A stretch of 18,875 nt of DNA, taken from contig JBOGRD010000002.1 of the NCBI GenBank assembly GCA_050749405.1, positions 155,754 through 174,628 on the forward strand, in the 5' to 3' direction. This DNA is from Nitrosotalea sp. Lineage in GTDB: Archaea > Thermoproteota > Nitrososphaeria > Nitrososphaerales > Nitrosopumilaceae. Each line of letters opens with the position of its first letter. Within the stretch, counting starts at the first letter, position 1. Under the pieces are notes generated by a model. It saw only the letters and a program-made list of their open reading frames with translations, was not told where the DNA came from and did not search any database. The translations under genes were made by a program, and so were the position numbers. Below are positions 1-8,257 of the stretch, piece by piece.

Positions 1-198
1 GCCAAAAAGTGATCCAATTGCAGAGGAAGCAAAAACAGGATCATTTGCTTCTACTATTATCACAGAGTCATTCTTTCGTATACAAGCGAAGCTTTGCTTT
101 TTGATCTTAAGAATCGTCGAGATGCTTGTTTCTAAATCATTCATCTTATTTAATGAGAAAACGGATGGAAAAACAACCAGTACAGTCTTCTCACTCAT
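1..198 (-). CDS. Hypothetical protein, N-terminal 66 codons only; the gene continues past the left edge
   Basis: The reverse strand is open from ATG (complement of 196-198) down to base 1: MSEKTVLVVFPSVFSLNKMNDLETSISTILKIKKQSFACIRKNDSVIIVEANDPVFASSAIGSLFG. There is an in-frame stop upstream at 223-225. It is missing from the ORF track because no stop lies inside the window. It is divergent from cysH. I did not recognise a family with any confidence; the resemblance to a ThiI/THUMP-type N-terminal domain is weak. Confidence 0.45.
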   Translation of the reverse strand, partial: MSEKTVLVVFPSVFSLNKMNDLETSISTILKIKKQSFACIRKNDSVIIVEANDPVFASSAIGSLFG

Positions 199-273
199 TC
201 TGTTTCCAATGTTTTGACTCACTTATAATTCTAGGATAGAAAATCAACCTAAATAATTATATGACCAAAATGA

Positions 274-1005
274 ATGCGTTTTCTTATGCATAACTTCACT
301 GCTGAACAGATACAGCAGTTAAACGAAAAACTAAAGACGCCGCAAGATGTTCTCAAATGGGCATTAGATAATCTTCACCCCAAAATAGCCATGGCATCAA
401 GTTTTGGAGCAGAGGACGTTGTAGTAATCGATATGATGATGAAAATAAACCCAAAATCTAGAATCTTTACACTTGATACTGGCAGATTAAATCAAGAGAC
501 ATATGATGTCATGGATGAGATAAGAAACAAGTACAACACAAACATCGAAGTAATGTTTCCAGATTCTAATGAAGTTGAACAAATGGTTCGTGTCAATGGC
601 ATGAATTTATTTTATCAGAGTATGGTAAATCGTAAACTATGTTGTGGCATCAGAAAAGTTCATCCACTCAAGAAAATGCTTTCAACCGTAGATGGATGGA
701 TAACTGGACTAAGAGCTGACCAAACTGAAGTGAGGTCTAACGTACAAAGAATTGAGATTGATCCACAACACAATGGTATCATAAAAGTAAATCCGATAAT
801 TGAATGGACTTGGGAGCAAACTTGGGATTACATTAAGAATAATGGTGTACCTTACAACAAACTTCACGACAAGGGATATCCTAGCATAGGATGTGAACCT
901 TGCACACGTGCAATCAAACCGGGGGAACCATTACGGGCAGGACGCTGGTGGTGGGAAACAGATCCCCAAAAAGAATGTGGATTGCATGCGGAACACGGAA
1001 AGTAA
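274..1005 (+). CDS. cysH: Adenylylsulfate (APS)/PAPS reductase, thioredoxin-dependent, of the Fe-S-containing CysH type
   Basis: PAPS-reductase fold motifs are present (SSFGAEDVVVIDM, FTLDTGRLNQETY) plus the C-terminal catalytic ECGLH. A CC pair (residues 123-124) and CEPC (207-210) match the CC...CxxC [4Fe-4S] signature of APS-specific reductases. It lies directly upstream of sat. A leaderless start at ATG 286 is an alternative. Confidence 0.9.
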   Translation: MRFLMHNFTAEQIQQLNEKLKTPQDVLKWALDNLHPKIAMASSFGAEDVVVIDMMMKINPKSRIFTLDTGRLNQETYDVMDEIRNKYNTNIEVMFPDSNEVEQMVRVNGMNLFYQSMVNRKLCCGIRKVHPLKKMLSTVDGWITGLRADQTEVRSNVQRIEIDPQHNGIIKVNPIIEWTWEQTWDYIKNNGVPYNKLHDKGYPSIGCEPCTRAIKPGEPLRAGRWWWETDPQKECGLHAEHGK

Positions 1006-1022
1006 CATTCTAGGTAAATGAT

Positions 1023-2153
1023 ATGGGTACTGCGCAACCACATGGCGGTAAGCTAGTAAACAGATCTACAAACAAAAACCAAGATAACCTGTTTTCGATA
1101 CAAGTCGACGCTGATCTGGCAAGCGATATTGAAAATATATCTGATGGTATATTCAGTCCACTTGAGGGATTTCTTCTACGAGAAGATTTTGAGAAGGTGA
1201 TCACAAAGGGAAGATTAGCAAATGATCTTCCCTGGACAGTTCCAATAGTGCTTGATGTTGATAAAGAAACTGCAACAAAGATGAAAGATGCAAAAGACGT
1301 TGCACTAAGTGTTAACGGTACAAAATTTGCAGTCTTGCATGTAGAAGAGATCTACACATTTGATAAAAATGCAACAGCAAAGGGAGTTTATGGTACAACT
1401 GATGAAAAACATCCCGGAGTAGCAAAAACCATGTCGATGAAAGAATCTCTAGTGGGGGGCAAAATTGATTATATTGCAAGACCAGCAGAAACGCCAATTC
1501 GCAGATACAGAAAAACCCCAAGAGAAACAAGGGAACTGTTTGAAAAGGCAGGGTGGAAGACAATAGTTGGATTTCAAACTAGAAATGTGCCACATGTTGC
1601 ACATGAGATGCTTCAAAAGGCATCACTGAACACACACGACGGGCTTTTTGTTAATCCTCTAATAGGGAAGAAAAAATCAGGCGATTACAAGGATGAAGTA
1701 ATAGTTACAGCCTATGAGACACTGATCAAGTACTACTATCCACAGAATCGCTGCCATCTTGCTACGCTACACACAGAGATGCGATACGCAGGTCCAAAGG
1801 AAGCTATTCATCATGCCATAATGAGAAAGAACTTTGGATGCACTAATATCATAATAGGCAGAGATCATGCCGGTGTGGGCAATTATTATGATCCCTTTGC
1901 TTCCCAGAGAATATTTGACGATTATCCTGACATTGGAATTGAACCAATATTCTATCCTGCCTTCTTTTATTGCAAAAAATGTTTGTCCTTTGCAAGTGAA
2001 AGAAATTGTCCACACGGACAGGAATTTCAGGAACAGCTTAGCGGTACAAAGCTTAGGACGATGATCCTTGAAAAACAAAGTCCATCAGAATACATGATCC
2101 GACCTGAGGTATCGAAGATACTTATGAATTGGGATAATCCATTTGTCGACTAG
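1023..2153 (+). CDS. sat: Sulfate adenylyltransferase (ATP sulfurylase), short form without an APS-kinase domain
   Basis: The N-terminus is [20 protein letters not shown] corresponds to the QTRNPxHRAH motif, and GRDHAGVG is present. The C-terminal CKKC-x8-CPH resembles the Cys3His zinc site described for the Thermus ATP sulfurylase. The start is ATG, 17 nt after cysH. Confidence 0.93.
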   Translation: MGTAQPHGGKLVNRSTNKNQDNLFSIQVDADLASDIENISDGIFSPLEGFLLREDFEKVITKGRLANDLPWTVPIVLDVDKETATKMKDAKDVALSVNGTKFAVLHVEEIYTFDKNATAKGVYGTTDEKHPGVAKTMSMKESLVGGKIDYIARPAETPIRRYRKTPRETRELFEKAGWKTIVGFQTRNVPHVAHEMLQKASLNTHDGLFVNPLIGKKKSGDYKDEVIVTAYETLIKYYYPQNRCHLATLHTEMRYAGPKEAIHHAIMRKNFGCTNIIIGRDHAGVGNYYDPFASQRIFDDYPDIGIEPIFYPAFFYCKKCLSFASERNCPHGQEFQEQLSGTKLRTMILEKQSPSEYMIRPEVSKILMNWDNPFVD

Positions 2154-2165
2154 ATTTTTATTGAA

Positions 2166-2852
2166 ATGAATCCAGCTCATCTTATGCGTAGCCTGGCACT
2201 TGTTGCACTTTTACTGGTAACGCCACTTTTACCGGTATATGCTCAAGAAGCTACGATGAATAAATCAGTACACTATGATACAGTAGAGATACCTGCTGCC
2301 GCATTTAATGTTGTAAGAGATAACGGCACTTTCTTCAAGCTACCTCATGAACATGTTACTAATTGGCAACTTACCATGGAAAATAAGCTCACATATGCAA
2401 ATCCAAACGGCAATGCTATAATCAGACTTTACGAAGATCCTAAGGAACAGAAATTCATCGAGGTTGGGATGGGCAGTCCTCCCAATCATAGATTATGGGT
2501 AGCTGTCAATACTCCAGCTGATGGATACTTTGTGATTCTAGATGAAAGGACAGGTGGATGGAGCCCAGGCCAGATCGTAACAGTACAACACACTAGTAAC
2601 GGTGGATTATCTGCTTCAATAGGCCAGCAGGTGCTTGTTGACAATTTGGATGTGGCAGGATTCACAGTAAGGGATATTGACGCATCTGGGCTGGACTCAA
2701 CTTCTGACCCTCCAGCCACATCCTCAGGAAGCATTTCCATAAACATAGTTTCAGGAGATCCTGCACAAAACCCAATCTTCTACTTGCCATTTATTGTAGT
2801 TGGAGTAACTGGTGCCTTGATTGGCATTTTAATGAAGACTAAGAAGAGATAG
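2166..2852 (+). CDS. Secreted hypothetical protein with an N-terminal signal peptide and a C-terminal tripartite anchor
   Basis: The signal peptide is MNPAHLMRSLALVALLLVTPLLPVYA/QEA. The C-terminal tail is PIFYLP + FIVVGVTGALIGILM + KTKKR (motif, TM helix, basic cluster). The middle part looks beta-rich and I did not recognise a family. The gene begins 12 nt after sat on the same strand. Confidence 0.6.
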   Translation: MNPAHLMRSLALVALLLVTPLLPVYAQEATMNKSVHYDTVEIPAAAFNVVRDNGTFFKLPHEHVTNWQLTMENKLTYANPNGNAIIRLYEDPKEQKFIEVGMGSPPNHRLWVAVNTPADGYFVILDERTGGWSPGQIVTVQHTSNGGLSASIGQQVLVDNLDVAGFTVRDIDASGLDSTSDPPATSSGSISINIVSGDPAQNPIFYLPFIVVGVTGALIGILMKTKKR

Positions 2853-3516
2853 TCTTGTAATAATTACACTCTTTTTTTATCTTACAGACTGTACACATTG
2901 GAGATATTGGTTTACAGATATTCTGGCCATACATGACAAATGTATCATTTATCCGAATCCAATGTTTTCTTGGAATTTTTTTCATTAGCTCAACCTCTGT
3001 GTCTTCTGGGGTCTTTGTCTGAACAAGTCCAATCCTATTTGAAATTCTGTGCACATGTGTATCTACAGGTATGGCAGGCTTGTCAAATGCGTACACCAGA
3101 ACACAATTTGCAGTTTTCCGGCCCACGCCTGGCAGCTCAACTAGCTTGTCCAATGTTTGTGGCACCTTGCCAGAATACCTTGAATCTATTATGGACGCTA
3201 CTTCTATTATGCGCCTTGCCTTTACGTGATAAAATCCTGTTGACTTGATAATCTTTTCAACATCTGAAATCTTTGCGCCTGCAAGGGCATGGGCTGTCTT
3301 GTATCGTGAAAATAATTTTCTGACCACTGCAGATGTATTTTCATCTCTTGTTCGTGCTGAAAGTATTGTTCCAATAAGAATGCTCAAAGGGCTTCCATTT
3401 TCAGCTTCACGCAATTGTCGTAATGCAGTCATTCGGGGTGGCTTGACCGCATCCATCGTCTTTATCATTCCATCTAGAATTTTTTCTATCTTATCCAACT
3501 GATCACATTTGATCAT
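2839..3516 (-). CDS. nth: Endonuclease III (HhH-GPD DNA glycosylase/AP lyase with a 4Fe-4S cluster)
   Basis: The helix-hairpin-helix LPGVGRKTANCVL carries the catalytic Lys, and the catalytic Asp sits in PVDTHVHRISNR. The C-terminal Fe-S loop is C-x6-C-x2-C-x5-C (CKPISPMCTVCKIKKEC). ATG start; its 3' end overlaps the convergent upstream gene by 14 bp. Confidence 0.92.
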   Translation of the reverse strand: MIKCDQLDKIEKILDGMIKTMDAVKPPRMTALRQLREAENGSPLSILIGTILSARTRDENTSAVVRKLFSRYKTAHALAGAKISDVEKIIKSTGFYHVKARRIIEVASIIDSRYSGKVPQTLDKLVELPGVGRKTANCVLVYAFDKPAIPVDTHVHRISNRIGLVQTKTPEDTEVELMKKIPRKHWIRINDTFVMYGQNICKPISPMCTVCKIKKECNYYKTISS

Positions 3517-3550
3517 AAAGTATTATATCTGTTATAACAAGATCATCATA

Positions 3551-4708
3551 TTGGAGCTAACAAAAGAAGAAGAATCTGTGCTTGCTGGAAAACATGGAGA
3601 AACTCTTGCACTTGCATACAGAGTTCTTGTGGCAATAGGTGAGGCTACAGGGGCAGACAAACTGATTCCAGTAGAGTGGGCTCATCTGTCTGGAGTAAAT
3701 TATAATACCATAGGTGATGCAGGGGAGGAATTTCTTTCACATATTAGCAAAGATGCAAAATTTAAGATAAAAACCACTGTAAACCCAATGGGGTTTGATT
3801 CTGATAGTGTTTCAAAGTTTGAACTTGATGAGGAATTTATCAAAAAACAAAATAGCATCAGACAATCGTATGAGAAGATGGGTGCCATATCATCTTTTTC
3901 TTGCATTCCATATGAAATATTTGAGCTCCCAAAAAAAGGAACCCAAGTATCTTTTGCAGAAAGTAACGCTGCCATTTATGCAAATTCAATTTCTACCCTA
4001 AAAACTAACAAAGAAAGTGCGTTCAGTGCACTAGCGAGTGCAATTACTGGAAAAAGCATCTACTCTGATTTACGAGACGATGAAAGTAGAAAACCAAATC
4101 TCACCATAAGAATGAAGACCAAACAGAAAGATGAACTGACATACGGTTTGTTGGGATATTTTGCGGGAAAGGAAGCAGGCAGCTCAGTTGCCATATCTGG
4201 CGTAAAAGAACTAGATAGACGTAGCTGCAAATCATTATGCGCAGGAATGGGAACCTCTGGAAGCTGTGGTATGTTTACTCTGGGAGAAGGAGAGGGGGGA
4301 GAAAAGATGGACTTTGATGATAAAGAGATGAAGAATGTCAAAGACGAACTCAATACGGCAGAATCAGGCGATGTTATTACGCTGGGAAGCCCACAACTCG
4401 GACTGGAGGAAATATCAGATCTGACAACTAAACTAAAGGGGCAATCATTTAGAAAACGCTGCATGATTTTCTGTCCACGGGCTATACAGGGACAGATTAA
4501 AAACCTAGGCTATGATAAAGAGCTAAGCCGAGCTGGCGCAGAAGTACTCTATGATTGTTGCATATGCCTGACTCCGCTCATAGACAAAGAAGATGTCGAT
4601 TCTGTCATTACAAACAGCGTTAAGGGGGCATATTATCTGAGAACATCAAACGGCGTAGATGTCAATCTAAAAAGTCTTGATCAAATTGTTCAAGAGGAGA
4701 CAAAATGA
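3551..4708 (+). CDS. Aconitase X (DUF521) catalytic/large subunit; probable phosphomevalonate dehydratase large subunit of the archaeal mevalonate pathway
   Basis: The N-terminus (L/M)ELTKEEESVLAGKHGETLALAYRVLVAIGE is typical of AcnX/DUF521. Conserved cysteines lie in SFSCIPYE and the C-terminal region. It is coupled to a DUF126 subunit by an ATGA overlap at 4705-4708. The ORF-track start (3509) is itself a TTG and overlaps the divergent nth start, so I prefer the in-frame TTG at 3551. There is no ATG before residue ~95. Confidence 0.8.
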   Translation: MELTKEEESVLAGKHGETLALAYRVLVAIGEATGADKLIPVEWAHLSGVNYNTIGDAGEEFLSHISKDAKFKIKTTVNPMGFDSDSVSKFELDEEFIKKQNSIRQSYEKMGAISSFSCIPYEIFELPKKGTQVSFAESNAAIYANSISTLKTNKESAFSALASAITGKSIYSDLRDDESRKPNLTIRMKTKQKDELTYGLLGYFAGKEAGSSVAISGVKELDRRSCKSLCAGMGTSGSCGMFTLGEGEGGEKMDFDDKEMKNVKDELNTAESGDVITLGSPQLGLEEISDLTTKLKGQSFRKRCMIFCPRAIQGQIKNLGYDKELSRAGAEVLYDCCICLTPLIDKEDVDSVITNSVKGAYYLRTSNGVDVNLKSLDQIVQEETK

Positions 4709-5088
4709 ATGCAAGGATAATCGTTAGGGGAAAAGCAAAAGGCACTGTACTTTGCGCAGAAAATCCAGTGAATTTTCTTGGGGGTGTAGACAAGATAACG
4801 GGAAGGATACGGGACGAGAATCATGATCTCTTTGACAAATTTGTAGGAGGCAGGATTCTTGTATTTCCAAAAGGTATAGGCAGCAGTGTCGGTGCATATA
4901 CAATTTACTCACTAAAATACAACAAATGTGCACCACTTGCAATGATATGTCTCAAGGCAGATATTACAACAGCATCGGGTTGTGCAATCTCAAACATTCC
5001 ATTGGTTGTGGCAGAAAAGAAAGACTATGAATCCCTTAAAGATGGTCAAGAGGTCACAGTTGATGCAATAGAAGGCAAGATACTATAG
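4705..5088 (+). CDS. Aconitase X swivel-domain (DUF126) small subunit; probable phosphomevalonate dehydratase small subunit
   Basis: The 127-aa protein has the DUF126 pattern: GKAKGTVL...PVNFLGGVDKITGRIRDENHDL...GGRILVFPKGIGSSVGAYTIY...APLAMI. Its ATG overlaps the upstream stop (ATGA). Confidence 0.8.
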   Translation: MNARIIVRGKAKGTVLCAENPVNFLGGVDKITGRIRDENHDLFDKFVGGRILVFPKGIGSSVGAYTIYSLKYNKCAPLAMICLKADITTASGCAISNIPLVVAEKKDYESLKDGQEVTVDAIEGKIL

Positions 5089-5685
5089 TTCTATTCGTAC
5101 TACTGGGCCACTTGGTTCTGTTTCTTTGAATACAATCCCCTCGAATCGTAAAACTACCGTACCCTTTTGCTTCCAATAATCAAACGGAGCCCCTGCCTTC
5201 TCACATGTATGAGATAGAAATTCTTCTTCATTCCATCCGTATTCTACAGGGACCTGAGGAAGCAGAAGACCAGAACCAAACTCCCATTTTACAATTAGTC
5301 CGTCTCTACCAACCCTTATCTTAGATGGATACTCTGATGGATCTTGTACCTTTACCACTTCGGGAGGAGTCAAAATTGTTATCTCAAAAGTAATCTTGTC
5401 CAATTCATCATATTTTACAGGCAAAAATCGCGGATCTTCTGTTGCTGATGCTATAGATGCATCCAAAAGAGATTGGTATAGTTTTCTATCTGGTGTTGGA
5501 AATCCTATACAACCTCTGAGATTTTCTTCTTTGTTTAGAGTAACAAACACTCCAGAGTTGAAGGAAAATCTAGATTTGATTTCACTAGAAAGTGCTGTCT
5601 GCTTTCCGGTTTGGAGATATTCCATGACAACTGATCTTGCTGTCCTGACAAGTAACTCTCCATCTTGATCAGATATTACACTCAT
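5083..5685 (-). CDS. AMMECR1 domain protein
   Basis: AMMECR1-family motifs are present (GVFVTLNK...LRGCIGFP, DPRF.PV, LLPQV) and the ~200 aa length is typical of archaeal members. The ORF-track start at 5778 is a TTG that would overlap the upstream gene by ~97 nt. The ATG at 5685-5683 forms an ATGA overlap with the upstream stop and gives the family-typical N-terminus MSVISDQDGELLVRTAR. Confidence 0.85.
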   Translation of the reverse strand: MSVISDQDGELLVRTARSVVMEYLQTGKQTALSSEIKSRFSFNSGVFVTLNKEENLRGCIGFPTPDRKLYQSLLDASIASATEDPRFLPVKYDELDKITFEITILTPPEVVKVQDPSEYPSKIRVGRDGLIVKWEFGSGLLLPQVPVEYGWNEEEFLSHTCEKAGAPFDYWKQKGTVVLRFEGIVFKETEPSGPVVRIEL

Positions 5686-6173
5686 TTCAATCTCTGGTTT
5701 AGTTTTTCTACAAACTCTTGAATCTTTATCAAGTGAGTTCCTTCCCAGTAAATTTTTTTGCAACCCTTGCAAATCCAAAATTTTTCCTGTCTTTCATAAA
5801 TTCCGAGTGGAACCTTCTCCATGATTCTTATTTTATCAATAGCCTCGATTTTTCCATTACAATTGACACATCTTGAAGAGTTGGTGTCAATTACAAAATT
5901 TGAAAGACCGATCTTTTTTGCAATCTGGATTAGCTGCTCAATCTCATCATTTCCTCTAATGAGGACTGTCGTAATGCCGCCTATCTTTTCAGCACTTTTG
6001 GAAAGATTTTCGTCTTTTGTAACTATGACACGCCTTTGATTCTCTGCAAATTTGATCAATTCTGAATCCTCAATTGAAGACTCGTACTTGGAATCATAGC
6101 CAAGAATACGCAATTTTCTTGCCAAGTTCCCAAGCATTGCATCTACAACAAAACTAGGCTTATGTGCACTCAA
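5682..6173 (-). CDS. Mut7-C RNase domain protein (PIN-like nuclease fused to a C-terminal zinc ribbon; PF01927/DUF82-like)
   Basis: The N-terminal FVVDAMLGNLARKLRILGYD is the hallmark Mut7-C opening. The C-terminal CVNC...CKGC is the zinc ribbon. The start codon is TTG (complement of 6171-6173) and overlaps the NFACT stop as TTGA. Confidence 0.8.
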   Translation of the reverse strand: MSAHKPSFVVDAMLGNLARKLRILGYDSKYESSIEDSELIKFAENQRRVIVTKDENLSKSAEKIGGITTVLIRGNDEIEQLIQIAKKIGLSNFVIDTNSSRCVNCNGKIEAIDKIRIMEKVPLGIYERQEKFWICKGCKKIYWEGTHLIKIQEFVEKLNQRLK

Positions 6174-8098
6174 TATCCTTGACCAATACCTGACTCTACT
6201 ATGTGACCATCTCCAGCAGGAAGTGCACGTATAAAATCATCAATATTAAATGCCTTAACAACATCTTGGTTTTCTGCAAGTTTTAGAAATTCCAGTCTTA
6301 CCTTTTTTGCAAGATCTGTCATATCAGTTCCAGATGGTTCTATAATTACATAAAACAAGCATCTCATCTTCACTGCTGGTAGTGGACCAGACATGATTGT
6401 ATAGCTGTCATCTTTTTGATACAACCCTATGGCCAGCTGCAAGTTGGAAACTTGAACAAAGTTTCTAGTACCCTCTATCGGGAATGCTCCCTTTGCAAGA
6501 AATTGACCAGTAGGAGCTCCCATCTTGATCTGATCTGGCTTTACCCAGTAGGCATTTAATCCGTACAATCCTTCCCTCCACGCTCTACTAAAGCAGACCG
6601 TAGCTTGCGCTACTTCTGTTATGCTTGATATCATGTCATCTTTACTATCCTTTAGGATAAAAAATGGTGATCCCACTATCTCTGCGTGGAAGACTCTGTC
6701 ATCTTTACCTAGGTGTTTTCTAATTACCGAAGAATTGGAAGATGCATCTCGTCCTCCAATTGCCAAAAGTCCATCTGAAGTAAAAAACCACCTGTATCTC
6801 TCATACCATTCTTTCTTTTTCTGTATTGCAAAAACAATGGAATTTTGTGCGATAGTGGCCTGCTTTCTTAATGCCTCCAAATTCTTTTCAGTCTTGATTT
6901 TTTCTGACCCTATTGTCTCAATTGCTTTTAATTGTCGTTTTGATTCGTTAAACAAGACAGAAGCTATGGCCTGAATCGATGATTGTGGATTAATCTTTAC
7001 TTTATCTTCTTCGATATTTATCATTAGTATGCCACTTTCTCTTATCAGAGAAGAATGGTATTCTTGCAATAGTGGCGGAACTCTTGAATCCTCGATGGAT
7101 GTAACTCCAATTGATGCCAAACCAAAGAGAGCCTTGGCAACTTTGGATATTGATTCAGCTCTTTGCTTAACCAATGAGATTGCCTTGTTTTGCTCCTCAA
7201 GTTTATGCTCAACCTCCGTTATCTTTTGGCTTACGGTATCAGTCTGCGTCGTCTTTCCCTGCTCTAGAAGATTTTCAGAAAACAATGAATCCAGCCCTTC
7301 CATAAAACTAGACACTTGGCTGACATTTTTTTGTGAAACATCTCCAAGCGGTATGGGATACACGTCTGCTCCCTTGTCATCACGAACAATGCATGGCTCG
7401 TGTTTTCCATTGACAACTTTTTCAATCAGCTCCCTTGTCGCCTGATATATCTTGGCAACCTCTTCGCTAGACAATGTGTTTCCCAATCTCTGGCCGTCTA
7501 CATCAGATCTCTTCATTATCTCCTCTGCATATTTGGAGGGCAATCCCAGAGTTCTGCCAATCCACCTTACTGCCACAGTAGATGCAGATCTTATCTCCTC
7601 CAGATCTTTTTGTGTAACTTTAAAAATATCTGAGCCGCTTGATGGAGGAGGTACATACGTTAGGCCAACCCCTAACTTTCTATGCCTTACATCAATTGAA
7701 TGAAGAAGCGACAGGATCTTCATCTCTTTATTGCACAAAAGTATGTTGCCATCACCAAAAAACTCCCCAATCAGAATAAATTCTTGGTTAAAACCGCTAA
7801 ATGTAACTTGGACTATTCTTTCACTACCAATTTGCTCAACGTTAGTAATTCTTGCGCGAAGAAGATCATTTCTGAGTCTCTTTACCAGTCTGTTCTCCTC
7901 CATCTGACTTATCTTTACATTGGTAATCCAAAATCCAAATGTGGAAAACATGAGCAAAAGATCTGGCTTTTCGGGATGATGCAACTTGAAGAGAAGACTA
8001 TTGCGGGTTATACCATAGATATTGCTGACATAATAGTCCTTTGTCTTACTGGATATTTCATTTACCAGATAACATAATTCAATTCCTGCAAGCGTCAT
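6170..8098 (-). CDS. NFACT-family protein (archaeal Rqc2/NEMF/RqcH homologue; FbpA N-terminal + DUF814)
   Basis: The 642-aa protein has an NFACT-N region (GSERIVQVTF...IGEFFGDGNILL), a central coiled-coil segment, and an NFACT-R/DUF814 region (WYERYRWFFTSDGLLAIGGRDASSNSSVIRKHL...VFHAEIVGSPFFILK). ATG start. Confidence 0.88.
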   Translation of the reverse strand: MTLAGIELCYLVNEISSKTKDYYVSNIYGITRNSLLFKLHHPEKPDLLLMFSTFGFWITNVKISQMEENRLVKRLRNDLLRARITNVEQIGSERIVQVTFSGFNQEFILIGEFFGDGNILLCNKEMKILSLLHSIDVRHRKLGVGLTYVPPPSSGSDIFKVTQKDLEEIRSASTVAVRWIGRTLGLPSKYAEEIMKRSDVDGQRLGNTLSSEEVAKIYQATRELIEKVVNGKHEPCIVRDDKGADVYPIPLGDVSQKNVSQVSSFMEGLDSLFSENLLEQGKTTQTDTVSQKITEVEHKLEEQNKAISLVKQRAESISKVAKALFGLASIGVTSIEDSRVPPLLQEYHSSLIRESGILMINIEEDKVKINPQSSIQAIASVLFNESKRQLKAIETIGSEKIKTEKNLEALRKQATIAQNSIVFAIQKKKEWYERYRWFFTSDGLLAIGGRDASSNSSVIRKHLGKDDRVFHAEIVGSPFFILKDSKDDMISSITEVAQATVCFSRAWREGLYGLNAYWVKPDQIKMGAPTGQFLAKGAFPIEGTRNFVQVSNLQLAIGLYQKDDSYTIMSGPLPAVKMRCLFYVIIEPSGTDMTDLAKKVRLEFLKLAENQDVVKAFNIDDFIRALPAGDGHIVESGIGQGY

Positions 8099-8257
8099 AA
8101 TGAATCGTTATCACTCCAAAATTATACTCTTGCTATTGTAGGCTTCCAAACGTTGTGAACCATTTACCCTTACGGAGGGTAGGATTGCAAGAGTTTGAAG
8201 AAAAAAGACAATTCTACACTTGGACGCGATATCTTTGGTGTTAAATTCCAGTAATTC

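Noticed and set aside
3509-3550. A 14-codon N-terminal extension of the AcnX large subunit (MIIKYYICYNKIII)
   Set aside because: The start is a TTG overlapping the divergent nth start codon. The extension is Ile/Tyr/Lys-rich AT-driven sequence. TTG 3551 gives a conserved-looking N-terminus.
5686-5778. A 31-codon N-terminal extension of the AMMECR1 ORF as listed in the track
   Set aside because: The listed start is a TTG lying 97 nt inside the upstream Mut7-C gene. The ATG at 5685 forms an ATGA junction with the upstream stop and yields the family-typical N-terminus.
6621-8077. Several 77-138 aa plus-strand ORFs (6621-6974, 7029-7445, 7400-7633, 7452-7703, 7700-8077)
   Set aside because: All lie antisense within the well-supported NFACT gene and have low-complexity Ser/Leu/Cys/Phe-rich translations typical of shadow ORFs.
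8165-8181. A small perfect hairpin, TACCCT-TACGG-AGGGTA, in the NFACT/membrane-protein divergent intergenic region
   Set aside because: A 6-bp stem on its own is expected by chance. It has no flanking T-tract or repeat partner, and I cannot assign a function from sequence alone.
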